Origin: Lachnospiraceae bacterium
Lineage (GTDB): Bacteria > Bacillota > Clostridia > Lachnospirales > Lachnospiraceae
Reading direction: 5' to 3'
NCBI GenBank assembly: GCA_017621975.1
Contig: JAGARW010000051.1
Location: forward strand, 17 to 64,016
Length of the DNA: 64,000 nt
Shown: piece after piece, positions 9,583-19,008 of the stretch
How the letters are laid out: every line of letters begins with the position of its first letter
How positions within the stretch are numbered: the first letter of the stretch is position 1
Notes under the pieces: generated by a model
Seen by the model: only the letters and a program-made list of their open reading frames with translations
Told to the model about the DNA's origin: nothing
The model's database searches: none
Program-made: the position numbers and the translations under genes

Positions 9583-9626
9583 AATTCTATTTTCAGCCTC
9601 TTCCTATAGAAGCTTCCATACCGGAA

Positions 9627-10001
9627 TTATCCAAGATAGGCTATGACCTCCACTTCGCAGAGTACATTTTTTGGGAGCTGTTTTACCGCAACGCAGCTTC
9701 TCGCCGGCTTTCCGGTAAAATATTTCTCGTATACCGCATTAAACGCGGCGAAATCCGCCATATCTGCCAGAAAACAGGTCGTCTTCACGACCTTTGTATA
9801 ATCCGTTCCCGCTTCCGCAAGAATCTCTCCGACATTTTTGAACGCGCGCTCCGCCTGTTCCTCGATCGTCGTGCCATAGATCTCTCCGTTTGCCGGATCA
9901 ATCGGAATCTGACCGGATGCGAACAAAAAATCTCCCGCTATGATCGCCTGGGAATAAGGTCCGATTGCCGCCGGTGCTTTCTCTGTACTGATTTTTTTCA
10001 T
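9627..10001 (-). CDS. ridA: RidA family enamine/imine deaminase
   Basis: APAAIGPYSQ, SGQIPIDP and PARSCVAVKQLP motifs. Confidence 0.93.
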   Translation of the reverse strand: MKKISTEKAPAAIGPYSQAIIAGDFLFASGQIPIDPANGEIYGTTIEEQAERAFKNVGEILAEAGTDYTKVVKTTCFLADMADFAAFNAVYEKYFTGKPARSCVAVKQLPKNVLCEVEVIAYLG

Positions 10002-10020
10002 AAAAACTCCTCCTTAACAT

Positions 10021-10251
10021 TTATTCATCAAATTCTACTTTGACGTAGAATCCTCTTTCATTTTCTTCGATCGCTGTCACAACGCCCTCGCGTGCCAGAA
10101 GTCTTTCCCGGAACGGAAAGTTGCCGGACATGGCGAGCGACGGATCGATCGTATAATAATAATTGCTCGGCAGAAGCCCTTCCGTGACCGTGACCCGGTC
10201 TCCTTCGCGCAAGAGTCCCTGCCGTTCCATTTTAAATTCTATTTCACGCAT
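10021..10251 (-). CDS. Small hypothetical protein
   Basis: 76-aa ORF with GAGG RBS, co-oriented with its neighbours. Confidence 0.7.
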   Translation of the reverse strand: MREIEFKMERQGLLREGDRVTVTEGLLPSNYYYTIDPSLAMSGNFPFRERLLAREGVVTAIEENERGFYVKVEFDE

Positions 10252-10354
10252 AGTCTGCCTCGTATCGTAAAAATCGTCTTTATCAAACTAAATTATATCG
10301 GTTCAAACTGCGGATTGCAATAAGTTCTTTTTCCTGTTTTTCCCACGCGTTTCC

Positions 10355-11692
10355 TTAAAATCCCCTCTCCTTTAATTTCCCGACAAGCTGCACATAAAAT
10401 TCCCGTACGTCAAAGCCGTCGAAATTCTCCCGGTTTAAATCGATCATATCGCCATGGGAAATACCGCGCCTGCCTTCAGCCGTCTGCATTTGATAACTTT
10501 CTCCCCACGGAAACGAATTTTCTCCTACCAGTCCGTCGTTTCCACCGTCAAAAAACCGTACAAGATGATAAGAAAAATTGAGCGGGAACCTGCCTCCCGA
10601 CGCTTTTTTCAGTTTAGAGCCGACGCTTTGATAAAAAACGCCGGACACGTCCTTTATCTGTTCATTTCTTTTCTTGCAGGCGTCCGCTGTCAGGTCGTAA
10701 ACCGCCGCCAAAAAATCAGGATTGGTATCGCCGAATTTTCTCAGCGCCGCATTGTAGCCCGCCGCGACTGCCTGTTTCTGCCGCTCCGGTATTTTAGAAA
10801 GCAGGTAATCGGCAAACTCGCAGCCCCGGTGCGGCGTATTGACCGTCGTCAGCGACGCTACCATATCTGCAATGCCGCATTTTGCAAGTGCATAACGGCA
10901 ATCCAGCCCGCCCTTTGAGTGCGCGATAAGATTGACTTTGCCGCATCCGCTCTCCGACACGATCTGCCGGATGCGCGCCGCCAGCTCCTCCGCGCTGTCT
11001 TCCACAGACGCCGCAGACTGATGATTCCCGTAATAAATGACGGCTCCGTTTTGTTCCAATTCCTTAGGAATCCTGCCCCAATAATTAAAATAGCGGAAGT
11101 CCCGGAAAAACACTCCATGCACCATCAAAATCGGATAACGCGTGGCGCAGATGCGCTGTGCCTCGCGCTCCTTATTTAATTTGCATTTTTCTGTTTCAAA
11201 CGCCGCTTCCCTCTCCGCCGTACGGATCAAAGCGGCAAGCGCAAAAAGATGCGCGACCGGAATCATACCGCAAATAATACCGATCAGCCGAAGCCTGATG
11301 CCGAGCTGCCGCGACGTCATATAAATACGTACGATTCCGTTCCAAAAAACAACCGCTTCAATAAGAACGGCGATCGCCGTATTGACCAGCCACAGCCTCG
11401 GTTCTTCTATGATACTGCCCGCTGCAAGCAAACCGGCAAATCCCGTTATCGCATACAAAATGCTGCAAGCCGCAGAGCATAAAAAAAGCCGCAAAAGCTC
11501 ACAGCCGCCCTTGCATACGGAAAGCCTCGCCGTCGGAAGCTTTCCGCTGCACACGGAAGGCCGCGCCTGCAGACACAAAAAACAAATGCAAAGTATGATC
11601 CATACTATTTTCGGAAACGCATACTGTCTTTCCAGAGAGTAACCGTTTGCCAATAGAAAAATCAAGCCTGTTTTTAAGAGAAACATTATCAT
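10355..11692 (-). CDS. Membrane-anchored lipase / alpha-beta hydrolase
   Basis: ILMVHG oxyanion motif, AHSKGG nucleophile elbow, NDGLV and SHGDMID; N-terminal TM helices. Confidence 0.9.
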   Translation of the reverse strand: MIMFLLKTGLIFLLANGYSLERQYAFPKIVWIILCICFLCLQARPSVCSGKLPTARLSVCKGGCELLRLFLCSAACSILYAITGFAGLLAAGSIIEEPRLWLVNTAIAVLIEAVVFWNGIVRIYMTSRQLGIRLRLIGIICGMIPVAHLFALAALIRTAEREAAFETEKCKLNKEREAQRICATRYPILMVHGVFFRDFRYFNYWGRIPKELEQNGAVIYYGNHQSAASVEDSAEELAARIRQIVSESGCGKVNLIAHSKGGLDCRYALAKCGIADMVASLTTVNTPHRGCEFADYLLSKIPERQKQAVAAGYNAALRKFGDTNPDFLAAVYDLTADACKKRNEQIKDVSGVFYQSVGSKLKKASGGRFPLNFSYHLVRFFDGGNDGLVGENSFPWGESYQMQTAEGRRGISHGDMIDLNRENFDGFDVREFYVQLVGKLKERGF

Positions 11693-11897
11693 TTGTATTT
11701 ATCCTTCTGTCTTTCACCAAGTCCAAGTAAAATTCTGTTCTCCCGCAGCGCCGCATTCTTTCATCCTGTAGTTCCCGAATCGTTTCAAAACGGTAACCGC
11801 TTTCTTCAAGCTCCTTCACTTCCCAAAACGCCATAGGACAGACAGCATTTTTGCTTCTTTCATGTATTATACCACACCCTGCCGGGTCCGTCTGCCT

Positions 11898-12371
11898 TTA
11901 TTCCATCCCGATTCTCATCCACCATAAAACGCTGAACGCATCCTTCCATTCTTTCTTATTTCTGCGCGAAAGCTCCATATGAATACAGCAGACGCTCTTT
12001 TTCCATAAACCGTCCTCAAATTCATACGCTGTTCTGACGCAGTTCTCTCCTTCCTCTTTTGCCGGATTCAGCTCATATTCATACAGCCACATTCCCGACG
12101 CTTCGTGTACATTTTCCAAACACAGATACATTTTCTGTATCGGTACCCGGCAGATGCCGGATAAATCCGCCATCCATGCTCTTGCCTCCTGATACTGCGA
12201 AGCAAACTCTTCACACGTCACTCCCTTTGTTACAAGGATATAATCCACCTTTCCCTTTTCGCTGATCTTTTTGATTCCTCTTAGCAAATCGTAAAGCCGT
12301 TCGTCTCTTTCTTCTGCATCGTCCGTTCCAAAACACAGATCCGAAAGCTGTAGTATTCTTATTTTATCCAT
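11898..12371 (-). CDS. Degenerate metallophosphoesterase-like protein
   Basis: ILQLSDLCFG, DYILVTKGVT and YLCLENVH align with the calcineurin-like motifs DxH, GD and GNH, but the metal ligands are substituted. Confidence 0.5.
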   Translation of the reverse strand: MDKIRILQLSDLCFGTDDAEERDERLYDLLRGIKKISEKGKVDYILVTKGVTCEEFASQYQEARAWMADLSGICRVPIQKMYLCLENVHEASGMWLYEYELNPAKEEGENCVRTAYEFEDGLWKKSVCCIHMELSRRNKKEWKDAFSVLWWMRIGME

Positions 12372-12435
12372 TGCGCATCCCGCCACTTTTCATTCGTATT
12401 ATTTCCTGAGATATGACAAAGGGATGTGAGACTCC

Positions 12436-13014
12436 TCACACCCCTTTATGAACGTTCTTCTTTATAAACCAGCCTATATATCCGACAGCGCACCAAATAA
12501 TTGCGGTTAATATAGTATAGGCTGCTTTTGTGTCGATCAGAAAACAAGTAAGACCTGCTGCCAGCTCTACCGTAATAATTTTTCTGGCGCGTTTTCCAAT
12601 ATTCTTTTTTTCGTAATCATCCAACGGCTTATTTTCCGCCTCCAATGGAGCATAGCGGAAAATAAAAACGGATGACGCTGCCGCCAGACAGACTGTAATT
12701 GCCGTCTGGTAAGGAATTTCCGCTTTTACCCACAAAAGCGCCAATATCAGTCCGAGACAGGACAGAATATAGCAGCGCCAAATATTAGACGCATGGTATC
12801 CGCCCGCGTCTGAACGAAGCGGAATAATTGTCAATAAAAGCAGCAGGCAATACCACGGAGCTCCCACGGCAAATCCGATCACGGCGCTGAGAACGACATT
12901 TCCGCCAAGTATCCATATACTTTTCAGAGCATAGCGGTAGATAGTCTCATCCTCTTCGGAAATGCTTCCATTCTTCTCCATAAAGCCTATCATCCGGTCT
13001 TCCAGGCTTCCCAT
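12436..13014 (-). CDS. agrB: Accessory gene regulator B (AIP-processing peptidase)
   Basis: LRSDAGGYHA...C catalytic motif, YAP...NKPL, TM helices; adjacent to agrD. Confidence 0.92.
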   Translation of the reverse strand: MGSLEDRMIGFMEKNGSISEEDETIYRYALKSIWILGGNVVLSAVIGFAVGAPWYCLLLLLTIIPLRSDAGGYHASNIWRCYILSCLGLILALLWVKAEIPYQTAITVCLAAASSVFIFRYAPLEAENKPLDDYEKKNIGKRARKIITVELAAGLTCFLIDTKAAYTILTAIIWCAVGYIGWFIKKNVHKGV

Positions 13015-13016
13015 AT

Positions 13017-13169
13017 TTACTTATTTTTAAAAAGTTTTTTCAGCGCGGCAGGCTCTTCCGGCTGATATGCAATATAATAACATCCGTGTGCCGCCACCTG
13101 TGTCGCTACCGTTATAAGAGCCAACGCCATCGCGCTGCTGCCGTACTTCTGAAGAAATTTCTTAATCAT
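13017..13169 (-). CDS. agrD: AgrD autoinducer propeptide (50 aa; not in ORF track)
   Basis: MIKKFLQKYGSSAMALALITVATQVAAHGCYYIAYQPEEPAALKKLFKNK. GAGGAGG RBS; Cys-X4 followed by the YQPEEP motif. Confidence 0.93.
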   Translation of the reverse strand: MIKKFLQKYGSSAMALALITVATQVAAHGCYYIAYQPEEPAALKKLFKNK

Positions 13170-13205
13170 ACGTATCCCTCCTCATTTTATTTTTCTTCAT
13201 GGGAA

Positions 13206-13271
13206 ATTATAGTACATTCCTTTCCTCCTGTACGATCAATGTCATAATTAACCTGTTATTTTGTCACTATT
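13206..13271 (-). promoter_or_regulatory. agrDB promoter with LytTR-type direct repeats
   Basis: TATAAT at 13211-13206. TGACA direct repeats 22 bp apart (13240-13244 and 13262-13266) lie upstream of it. Confidence 0.55.
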
Positions 13272-13334
13272 CGTTATGTAAATCTTATCTGATCGGCATA
13301 TCATAGTCGAATTCTATAACAACAATTCCCTTAA

Positions 13335-14651
13335 TTATTCTACGATTCCATACAATAATACCGTAACTGAAAACATATTATTTTCATCACGGATCACCAC
13401 TTCTCCATTATATTTTTCTGCAATTTCTTTCACGATACGAAGTCCAAATCCATGCTCCGTTCTCTTTTGCTTCGTTGTCAAATACTCCCCTCCCTTTTTC
13501 ACTCGTGGAGTTACATACGGATTTCTGACTGATATATATAAATTATGACCTTCTATTTTTATTATAATAATAACCTCTCTTTTTCCCTTTTCTGTCTCTT
13601 TTGTCGCCTCTATTGCATTATCCAACAGATTCCCTAAACATACGCTAATCTCTTCTCCATTTACATGGCAATCGTGCGGCACCTCCATGTTCAATGAAAA
13701 CTTAATACAATCCTTACCTGCCATCTCCGCTTTATAATTAATAATGCTGTCAAAATAAATATTTCCACTTGTAGAAATGCTTTTTCTTGTTGTGAAAAAC
13801 TCAAGATTCTTTTTACAATAGCGTTTCAGTTCATCATAATTTTCTGCTTCCAATAAGCTATTCAAATATATGTATTTCTGTTTCATATCATGGCGAAACT
13901 TTCCGAATTCCAACCATAACTGCTGTGCTTCCGCACACTGATGCATATAATAATTGCATTGTTCCTGCAAAACTCTTTCTCTAATCCGTTTTTCAGCAGC
14001 CAGCTTCCCTTTTTCATATAAATAGTAAGTTACAATATTAATTACCATTAAAATAATAATTCCCAATATTTCCAATGGAATTTTTTTATTGCCTTCCATT
14101 AAAATCAGCTTTTCCAAAGGGAAGCAGGTTATAAGAGTCAATATACTTCCCACAGGAACAAATACCGCTTCTAACCAGTCCTGTATGCCTAATTCCATTT
14201 TATTTTTTCTTACAAATAATAAAAGAATTTTTATTAAGAAAAACCATATTAATTTAGAAATAATCGCCATCATAATAAAAAATCCCGGTTCTACATACTG
14301 AATATCTCTGTATATTCCCGTTACGCGAAGTCCATGATAAGCGATCAATTCTGAACACATACCCGACAAATATAAAAAAGTGGTTACAAAAAAGCGATAC
14401 CTTAATGCATCGCGATAAAGAAATGTTAATAATAAAAAGAAGGAAATAAAAAAGGTCCCTATATTAATCAATACATTACCTTTTATTCTATAGGTTACAG
14501 AATTAAAAACAATCATGTATACTATCCATGCAATAATTTCACAATGTTTTTTCCTTTCTCGTGAATTAAGCGCTTTTTCCACCAATATTCTTTGAACAAT
14601 TACTGTAAATACTTCCAATACAACTGTAAGAATTATGAAAACTGCATTCAT
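13335..14651 (-). CDS. agrC: AgrC-like GHKL sensor histidine kinase
   Basis: Six or more N-terminal TM helices, FRHDMK H-box, GNLLDNAIEA N-box and HGFGL. Visibly AT-rich. Confidence 0.9.
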   Translation of the reverse strand: MNAVFIILTVVLEVFTVIVQRILVEKALNSRERKKHCEIIAWIVYMIVFNSVTYRIKGNVLINIGTFFISFFLLLTFLYRDALRYRFFVTTFLYLSGMCSELIAYHGLRVTGIYRDIQYVEPGFFIMMAIISKLIWFFLIKILLLFVRKNKMELGIQDWLEAVFVPVGSILTLITCFPLEKLILMEGNKKIPLEILGIIILMVINIVTYYLYEKGKLAAEKRIRERVLQEQCNYYMHQCAEAQQLWLEFGKFRHDMKQKYIYLNSLLEAENYDELKRYCKKNLEFFTTRKSISTSGNIYFDSIINYKAEMAGKDCIKFSLNMEVPHDCHVNGEEISVCLGNLLDNAIEATKETEKGKREVIIIIKIEGHNLYISVRNPYVTPRVKKGGEYLTTKQKRTEHGFGLRIVKEIAEKYNGEVVIRDENNMFSVTVLLYGIVE

Positions 14652-14655
14652 CCTC

Positions 14656-15372
14656 TCATCTCCCCTCCAATATCCTCAAATACCATTCCTTCATCGCTTT
14701 TCTGTACTTCCTGCTGATCGAGATTTCCACCCCGTCGTCCATCACAATTCTGTCGTAATTCCATTCTTTGACATAGTTTGGATTGACAAGATAAGAAATC
14801 TGCACCCTGGCGAATTTAACATGATATTGCTTGATCTCCTTTTCAACTGCGTTTAGCTTTCCATAAAAGAAATAGCAGTTTTTGAGACATTGGATGCGGA
14901 TTTGTCTTCTGCTGCTTTCAAAATACATAATCTCATGAAGCGGAAGACTGAATCTGCGTTTACCGCTGTAAAATAAAAATCTTTCATATTCCGTATGGAT
15001 TAAGCGGACTGCCTTTTTCAGTACTTCTTCCAGTTTGCTTTCCGTTACTGGCTTATCCAGAAAGGCAAACGGCTGTACTTCGATTGCTTCTTTGCAATAT
15101 TGGTCATAGGCAGAAATGAAAATAAGAATTGTGTGAAAATCAGTTTCACGAATTACCTTTGCCGTTTCAATGCCGTTTTGTCCATCCATTTCAATATCCA
15201 TGAGGAGAAGATCCATACTGCCTGACGCATGAATTTCATGAAGCAGTTCTTCGCCGCTCTCAAAACCATATACTTCCGCATTCAGACCAAATCTCACCAT
15301 GATTTTCCTTACCATGGCGCTTTGCTTCAAAACTTCATCAGGCAGATCATCGCATATACCGATCCGCATCAT
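14656..15372 (-). CDS. agrA: AgrA-like LytTR response regulator
   Basis: RIGICDD, LLMDIEM and FLDKP receiver motifs; C-terminal LytTR domain (IMYFES, SYLVN, ISISRKY). Confidence 0.9.
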   Translation of the reverse strand: MMRIGICDDLPDEVLKQSAMVRKIMVRFGLNAEVYGFESGEELLHEIHASGSMDLLLMDIEMDGQNGIETAKVIRETDFHTILIFISAYDQYCKEAIEVQPFAFLDKPVTESKLEEVLKKAVRLIHTEYERFLFYSGKRRFSLPLHEIMYFESSRRQIRIQCLKNCYFFYGKLNAVEKEIKQYHVKFARVQISYLVNPNYVKEWNYDRIVMDDGVEISISRKYRKAMKEWYLRILEGR

Positions 15373-15619
15373 ACGTCTCTTTCCCTTTCCGAAAAATTCT
15401 CCAAAGAACAAATAGCATAAGGCATGATTGATACAAATGTTTTATGATGAAAAAGATTAGCTATGCCTTTAGACACAGATTCCTCTTTCGTCCGCGTGTC
15501 CGGGATTTAAGAGGAATCTGCAAGAAATTATACATTTAATTTTAAATTTGCTGTTATTTTTATAAATATCTTTACTGAAAACCTGCTGCTTTTGATTTCA
15601 CTTACAAAAAAAGAGCGGT

Positions 15620-16078
15620 TTACACCGCTCCTGCCATTTTTCCGATCCAATATATTAGTCCAAGCAGCCAGCTTGTAAAAATTCCATACAGAATGACTGG
15701 CCCTGCGATCGTAAAAATCTTGCAGCCGATACCGAATACCTGTCCTTCCTTTTTGAACTCGATCGCCGGCGCCGCTACGGAATTGGCAAATCCGGTAATC
15801 GGCACAAGCGCCCCGGCGCCGCCCCACTTTGTGATCTGCGGGTATATGTTGAATCCGGTCAGAATCACGCTGAGCAGTACAAGAATGAGAGAACACCAGC
15901 TTCCCGCCGTCTGTTTGTCCATGCCAAGCCCGCTCGTACAATAATTCAGAATGCCCTGACCGACGCAGCAGATGATACCGCCCGTCACAAACGCCTTTGC
16001 CATCAGCAGCCATAAATTGTGCGTCGGCGTCATTTCCTTTACATACTGCTGATACTGTTTTTTCTTTTCTTCTTCCAT
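15620..16078 (-). CDS. spoVAC: Stage V sporulation protein AC
   Basis: AGALVPITGFANS and KIFTIAGPVILYG motifs. Confidence 0.95.
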   Translation of the reverse strand: MEEEKKKQYQQYVKEMTPTHNLWLLMAKAFVTGGIICCVGQGILNYCTSGLGMDKQTAGSWCSLILVLLSVILTGFNIYPQITKWGGAGALVPITGFANSVAAPAIEFKKEGQVFGIGCKIFTIAGPVILYGIFTSWLLGLIYWIGKMAGAV

Positions 16079-16094
16079 GTGCAATATCCACCTT

Positions 16095-16583
16095 TCATAC
16101 TCCGCCAAACAAATAAATCTTTTCATAAAAATAGTAGAACGAGCCTGCCATCTTCCCAAGCGCCATCGCGCTCACTGCGATTCCAAGCCCATGCCGGAAT
16201 CCGACTCTTCTGGCGAAGATCGGAATGCTGTCAAGCATTTCCGCGATCGCCATTGCCAGACTGCCGACAAAGATACCGGCAAACAGTCCGAAACATACAA
16301 GCAAAAGCTCCCCTATAAGAAAGAGAATTTCCTTTGGAATACCGATCTTCAAAAGCGCCGGCGCCGCCGGCATGCAGTATGCGTCAAAAACGCTCATAAT
16401 ATTACCGGCTAACGTCCCAAGGATGACCATCGTTTCATAAAGCGTCACTTTGCGTCCGGTATGCGTTTTGCCCGCAAACCGGGGAATCAGTCCTACCGCA
16501 AGAAGTACGGTAAACACGCCGCCTGCCGTCATCAGTCCAAAGCTGCTGCCAAGTACACCAAGATAAAATCTTCTAAGAAGCAT
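16095..16583 (-). CDS. spoVAB: Stage V sporulation protein AB
   Basis: GLIPRFA and GIFVGSLAMAIAEMLDSIPIFARR motifs. Confidence 0.92.
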   Translation of the reverse strand: MLLRRFYLGVLGSSFGLMTAGGVFTVLLAVGLIPRFAGKTHTGRKVTLYETMVILGTLAGNIMSVFDAYCMPAAPALLKIGIPKEILFLIGELLLVCFGLFAGIFVGSLAMAIAEMLDSIPIFARRVGFRHGLGIAVSAMALGKMAGSFYYFYEKIYLFGGV

Positions 16584-17223
16584 CGATCGTCTTCCCTTCT
16601 CTGTCCGCTGTTTCGATCAGCGTATCATCCACATCCTTTTCATAGATCCGCATTTCTACCTCGATCGGCGTCGGGTCCGTCGTAATGCGCCTGCCTCCGA
16701 TATGGTTAAAGAATAGAACGATACCGACGGCAAGTCCAAGAGAATAGGTTACTTCCAGCGTTGTAAAGCCGCTTGAGGGCTGTCCCATCATTTCCTCGTA
16801 AATTCTGCCGAATACGTCGTGAATACCAATATCATTGTGAAACGCCATGATTGTAAAAGCAGTTCCGAAAAAACTGATCAGCGAGACAAATACGACCTTC
16901 ATCCAAACGAGAACGCCTTTTGTCTGTGCCGTCCTGACATATTTGATGAGCGTATCCTGCTCTCCGACATTTTCTACCGTGACGCCCTTCTCAATTCCCT
17001 GTATCAGCTCGATCAGCTTCAGGCTGCTAATCACAGCGCGTTTTTCCCCTTCCGCTCGGAACCTGTAGATCTTCAGCGCCTTTATTTTTGTTTTCAGCGT
17101 TTCGTCCGTACATGTCACCGCCGCGATGTCTTTTAAAAATACCTCTTCCTTTTCGACCTCCGCATTTCTCTTTGGCTTGATATAGACTGTTTTATTTTCC
17201 ATACGCTCCGCTTCTTTGTTCAT
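16573..17223 (-). CDS. spoVAA: Stage V sporulation protein AA
   Basis: FTIMAFHND and DPTPIEVEMRIYE motifs. Confidence 0.92.
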   Translation of the reverse strand: MNKEAERMENKTVYIKPKRNAEVEKEEVFLKDIAAVTCTDETLKTKIKALKIYRFRAEGEKRAVISSLKLIELIQGIEKGVTVENVGEQDTLIKYVRTAQTKGVLVWMKVVFVSLISFFGTAFTIMAFHNDIGIHDVFGRIYEEMMGQPSSGFTTLEVTYSLGLAVGIVLFFNHIGGRRITTDPTPIEVEMRIYEKDVDDTLIETADREGKTIDAS

Positions 17224-17243
17224 TTATTCTTCTTTTTGCGGAT

Positions 17244-17273
17244 TAGTATGGCGGATTTGCATACAAAATATTC
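17244..17273 (-). promoter_or_regulatory. Sigma-G-type promoter for spoVAA-AB-AC
   Basis: Minus strand GAATA, 18 nt, CATACTA. Confidence 0.65.
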
Positions 17274-17317
17274 GTCGCTTTGCTGCGTTCTTTTTTATCC
17301 GCTTTATTGCCAAAAAA

Positions 17318-17623
17318 ATTCGTGCGTCAAAAGTTCTTATTTTTACTATATTACGTCAAATTGCACAAAAATTTCATTTCCTGTACCAGAGCTTCGGATA
17401 TAAGTCTTTCTAAGCGTTCCGCTAATACTCTAAAGTAAATTGACGCAACCGGCGCAGATTCGCCATCCATGGCTCAGCTTCGCCTTTTTCGGACATCGTG
17501 TCCGAAAATTGCTACAGGCAGACGGAACGCAAAGAAAGTCTAATATCCTGCGCAGGCACAGTCGATGAAATATATTGTGCAGTTTGACAATACAAGTTAA
17601 ATAAAAACTTTTGACGCACGAAT
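17318..17623. repeat. Long palindromic repeat element, copy A
   Basis: 18-bp perfect terminal inverted repeat ATTCGTGCGTCAAAAGTT and nested inverted repeats. Core hairpins GCCATCCATGGC and TTTTCGGACATCGTGTCCGAAAA are shared with copies B and C. Confidence 0.88.
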
Positions 17624-17632
17624 CAAAAAACG

Positions 17633-18238
17633 TTAATAATAAAGCTTTCCCTCCTCCAAAACGGTAAATTTGTCGTTTTTCAGTTCAATGATTGTCACCG
17701 CGCAATTTCGCTGCGGCACGCCGTTCCAAAATTCAGACAGCGGTCTTTCTTCAATGCAGCGCAGAAAGCAGCGGATAAACGCTCCGTGCGCCGTCAACAT
17801 AACGGTTTCATATTTTCCCTGCGCCGGAAGCAAAACTTCCTCCATAAAGCTGCGCGCACGCGCGATCACATCGGAAAAGTTTTCTCCATCCTTCGCCTCA
17901 TAGAGTCCGGGAGCGCTAATAAAATTATGAAGCGGGTTGTTCTCGTCCGCTATCGCTTCCTTCATCAGCGTCCCTTCGCAGACGCCGAATCCCATTTCCC
18001 GCAGGCGCGCGTCCGTTATGATCTCGATCTTCCGATCCCGCCTCATGATTTCCGCCGTCTTCTGCGCCCGGATCAAAGGACTGGAAAAAATCACATCTAC
18101 CGGAATCTCCTTCATTTGCTCGGAAGTAATTTCCGCCAGTTCGATTCCATATTCATTCAGCGGGATATCCTCGCTTCCCTGTACTCTTCCTTCTTTATTC
18201 CAATTCGTCTCTCCGTGTCTGACAAGATAGATAATCAT
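17633..18238 (-). CDS. Histidine phosphatase family protein
   Basis: LVRHGET, SSPLIRA and TAHG motifs. Confidence 0.92.
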   Translation of the reverse strand: MIIYLVRHGETNWNKEGRVQGSEDIPLNEYGIELAEITSEQMKEIPVDVIFSSPLIRAQKTAEIMRRDRKIEIITDARLREMGFGVCEGTLMKEAIADENNPLHNFISAPGLYEAKDGENFSDVIARARSFMEEVLLPAQGKYETVMLTAHGAFIRCFLRCIEERPLSEFWNGVPQRNCAVTIIELKNDKFTVLEEGKLYY

Positions 18239-18288
18239 ACGCTTCCTCTTTTCTGTACTCAAGTAGTTTTATTCTACTGACTTTTTTT

Positions 18289-19005
18289 CTATTTGACAAG
18301 TCCCCGCATCTGCAGGAGAATCCGTTTCTCAAGGCGGCTGACCTGCACTTGGCTGATGCCAAGCAGCTTTGCGACCTCCACCTGTGTCTTATCTTCAAAA
18401 TAGCGCATTGAGATCAGGCGTTTTTCCTCTTCAGAAAGCCCCGCAAGAAGCTGCTCCAGCAGCATATGATTGAGTACCTTTTCATTTTCATCCTTGCCGG
18501 ACGGAAGCCTGTCCACCATATAGATCTCATTGCCGTCGCTTTGGTAAACCGACTTATAGATCGATTCCACTTCTACATTTGCTTCCAGAGCGATCACAAT
18601 GTCCTCCGGGGAAAGTCCCGTCATTTCACTGATCTCTGCGACCGTTGCTTCCCGTCCGAGCTGCTTTGTCACCTGCTGCGACGCTCTTTTTATTTTGAAG
18701 CCGTTTTCCTTGACCGCCCGCGATACCTTTACCATACCGTCGTCACGCAGAAAACGTTTGATTTCTCCCGCAATCATCGGCACGGCATAGGTTGAAAATT
18801 TTACCTCGTAAGACAGATCGAATTTATCGATCGCCTTCATCAGACCGATACTGCCGATCTGAAACAGGTCCTCCGCGTCGTAGCCCCGTCCGAGAAAACG
18901 CTTGACAATATGATGTACCAATCCCAGATTTTTCTCTATCAGTACTTCTCTCGCTTCCGTATCCCCGTCTCTTGCCCGTGCCAGCAGCGTCTCTGTTTCT
19001 TCCAT
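18289..19005 (-). CDS. sigF: RNA polymerase sporulation sigma factor F
   Basis: DLFQIGSIGLMKAIDKFD and KFSTYAVPMIAGEIKRFLRDDG; third gene of the spoIIA operon. Confidence 0.96.
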   Translation of the reverse strand: MEETETLLARARDGDTEAREVLIEKNLGLVHHIVKRFLGRGYDAEDLFQIGSIGLMKAIDKFDLSYEVKFSTYAVPMIAGEIKRFLRDDGMVKVSRAVKENGFKIKRASQQVTKQLGREATVAEISEMTGLSPEDIVIALEANVEVESIYKSVYQSDGNEIYMVDRLPSGKDENEKVLNHMLLEQLLAGLSEEEKRLISMRYFEDKTQVEVAKLLGISQVQVSRLEKRILLQMRGLVK

Positions 19006-19008
19006 ACG

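Noticed and set aside
11499-11834. 111-aa ORF overlapping the lipase start
   Set aside because: No convincing RBS and a long same-strand overlap; at most a gene remnant.
17450-17510. Repeat head as a hammerhead or HDV-like ribozyme
   Set aside because: GAAAC and CUGA are present in one orientation, but the CUGANGA core and the required stem topology are not.
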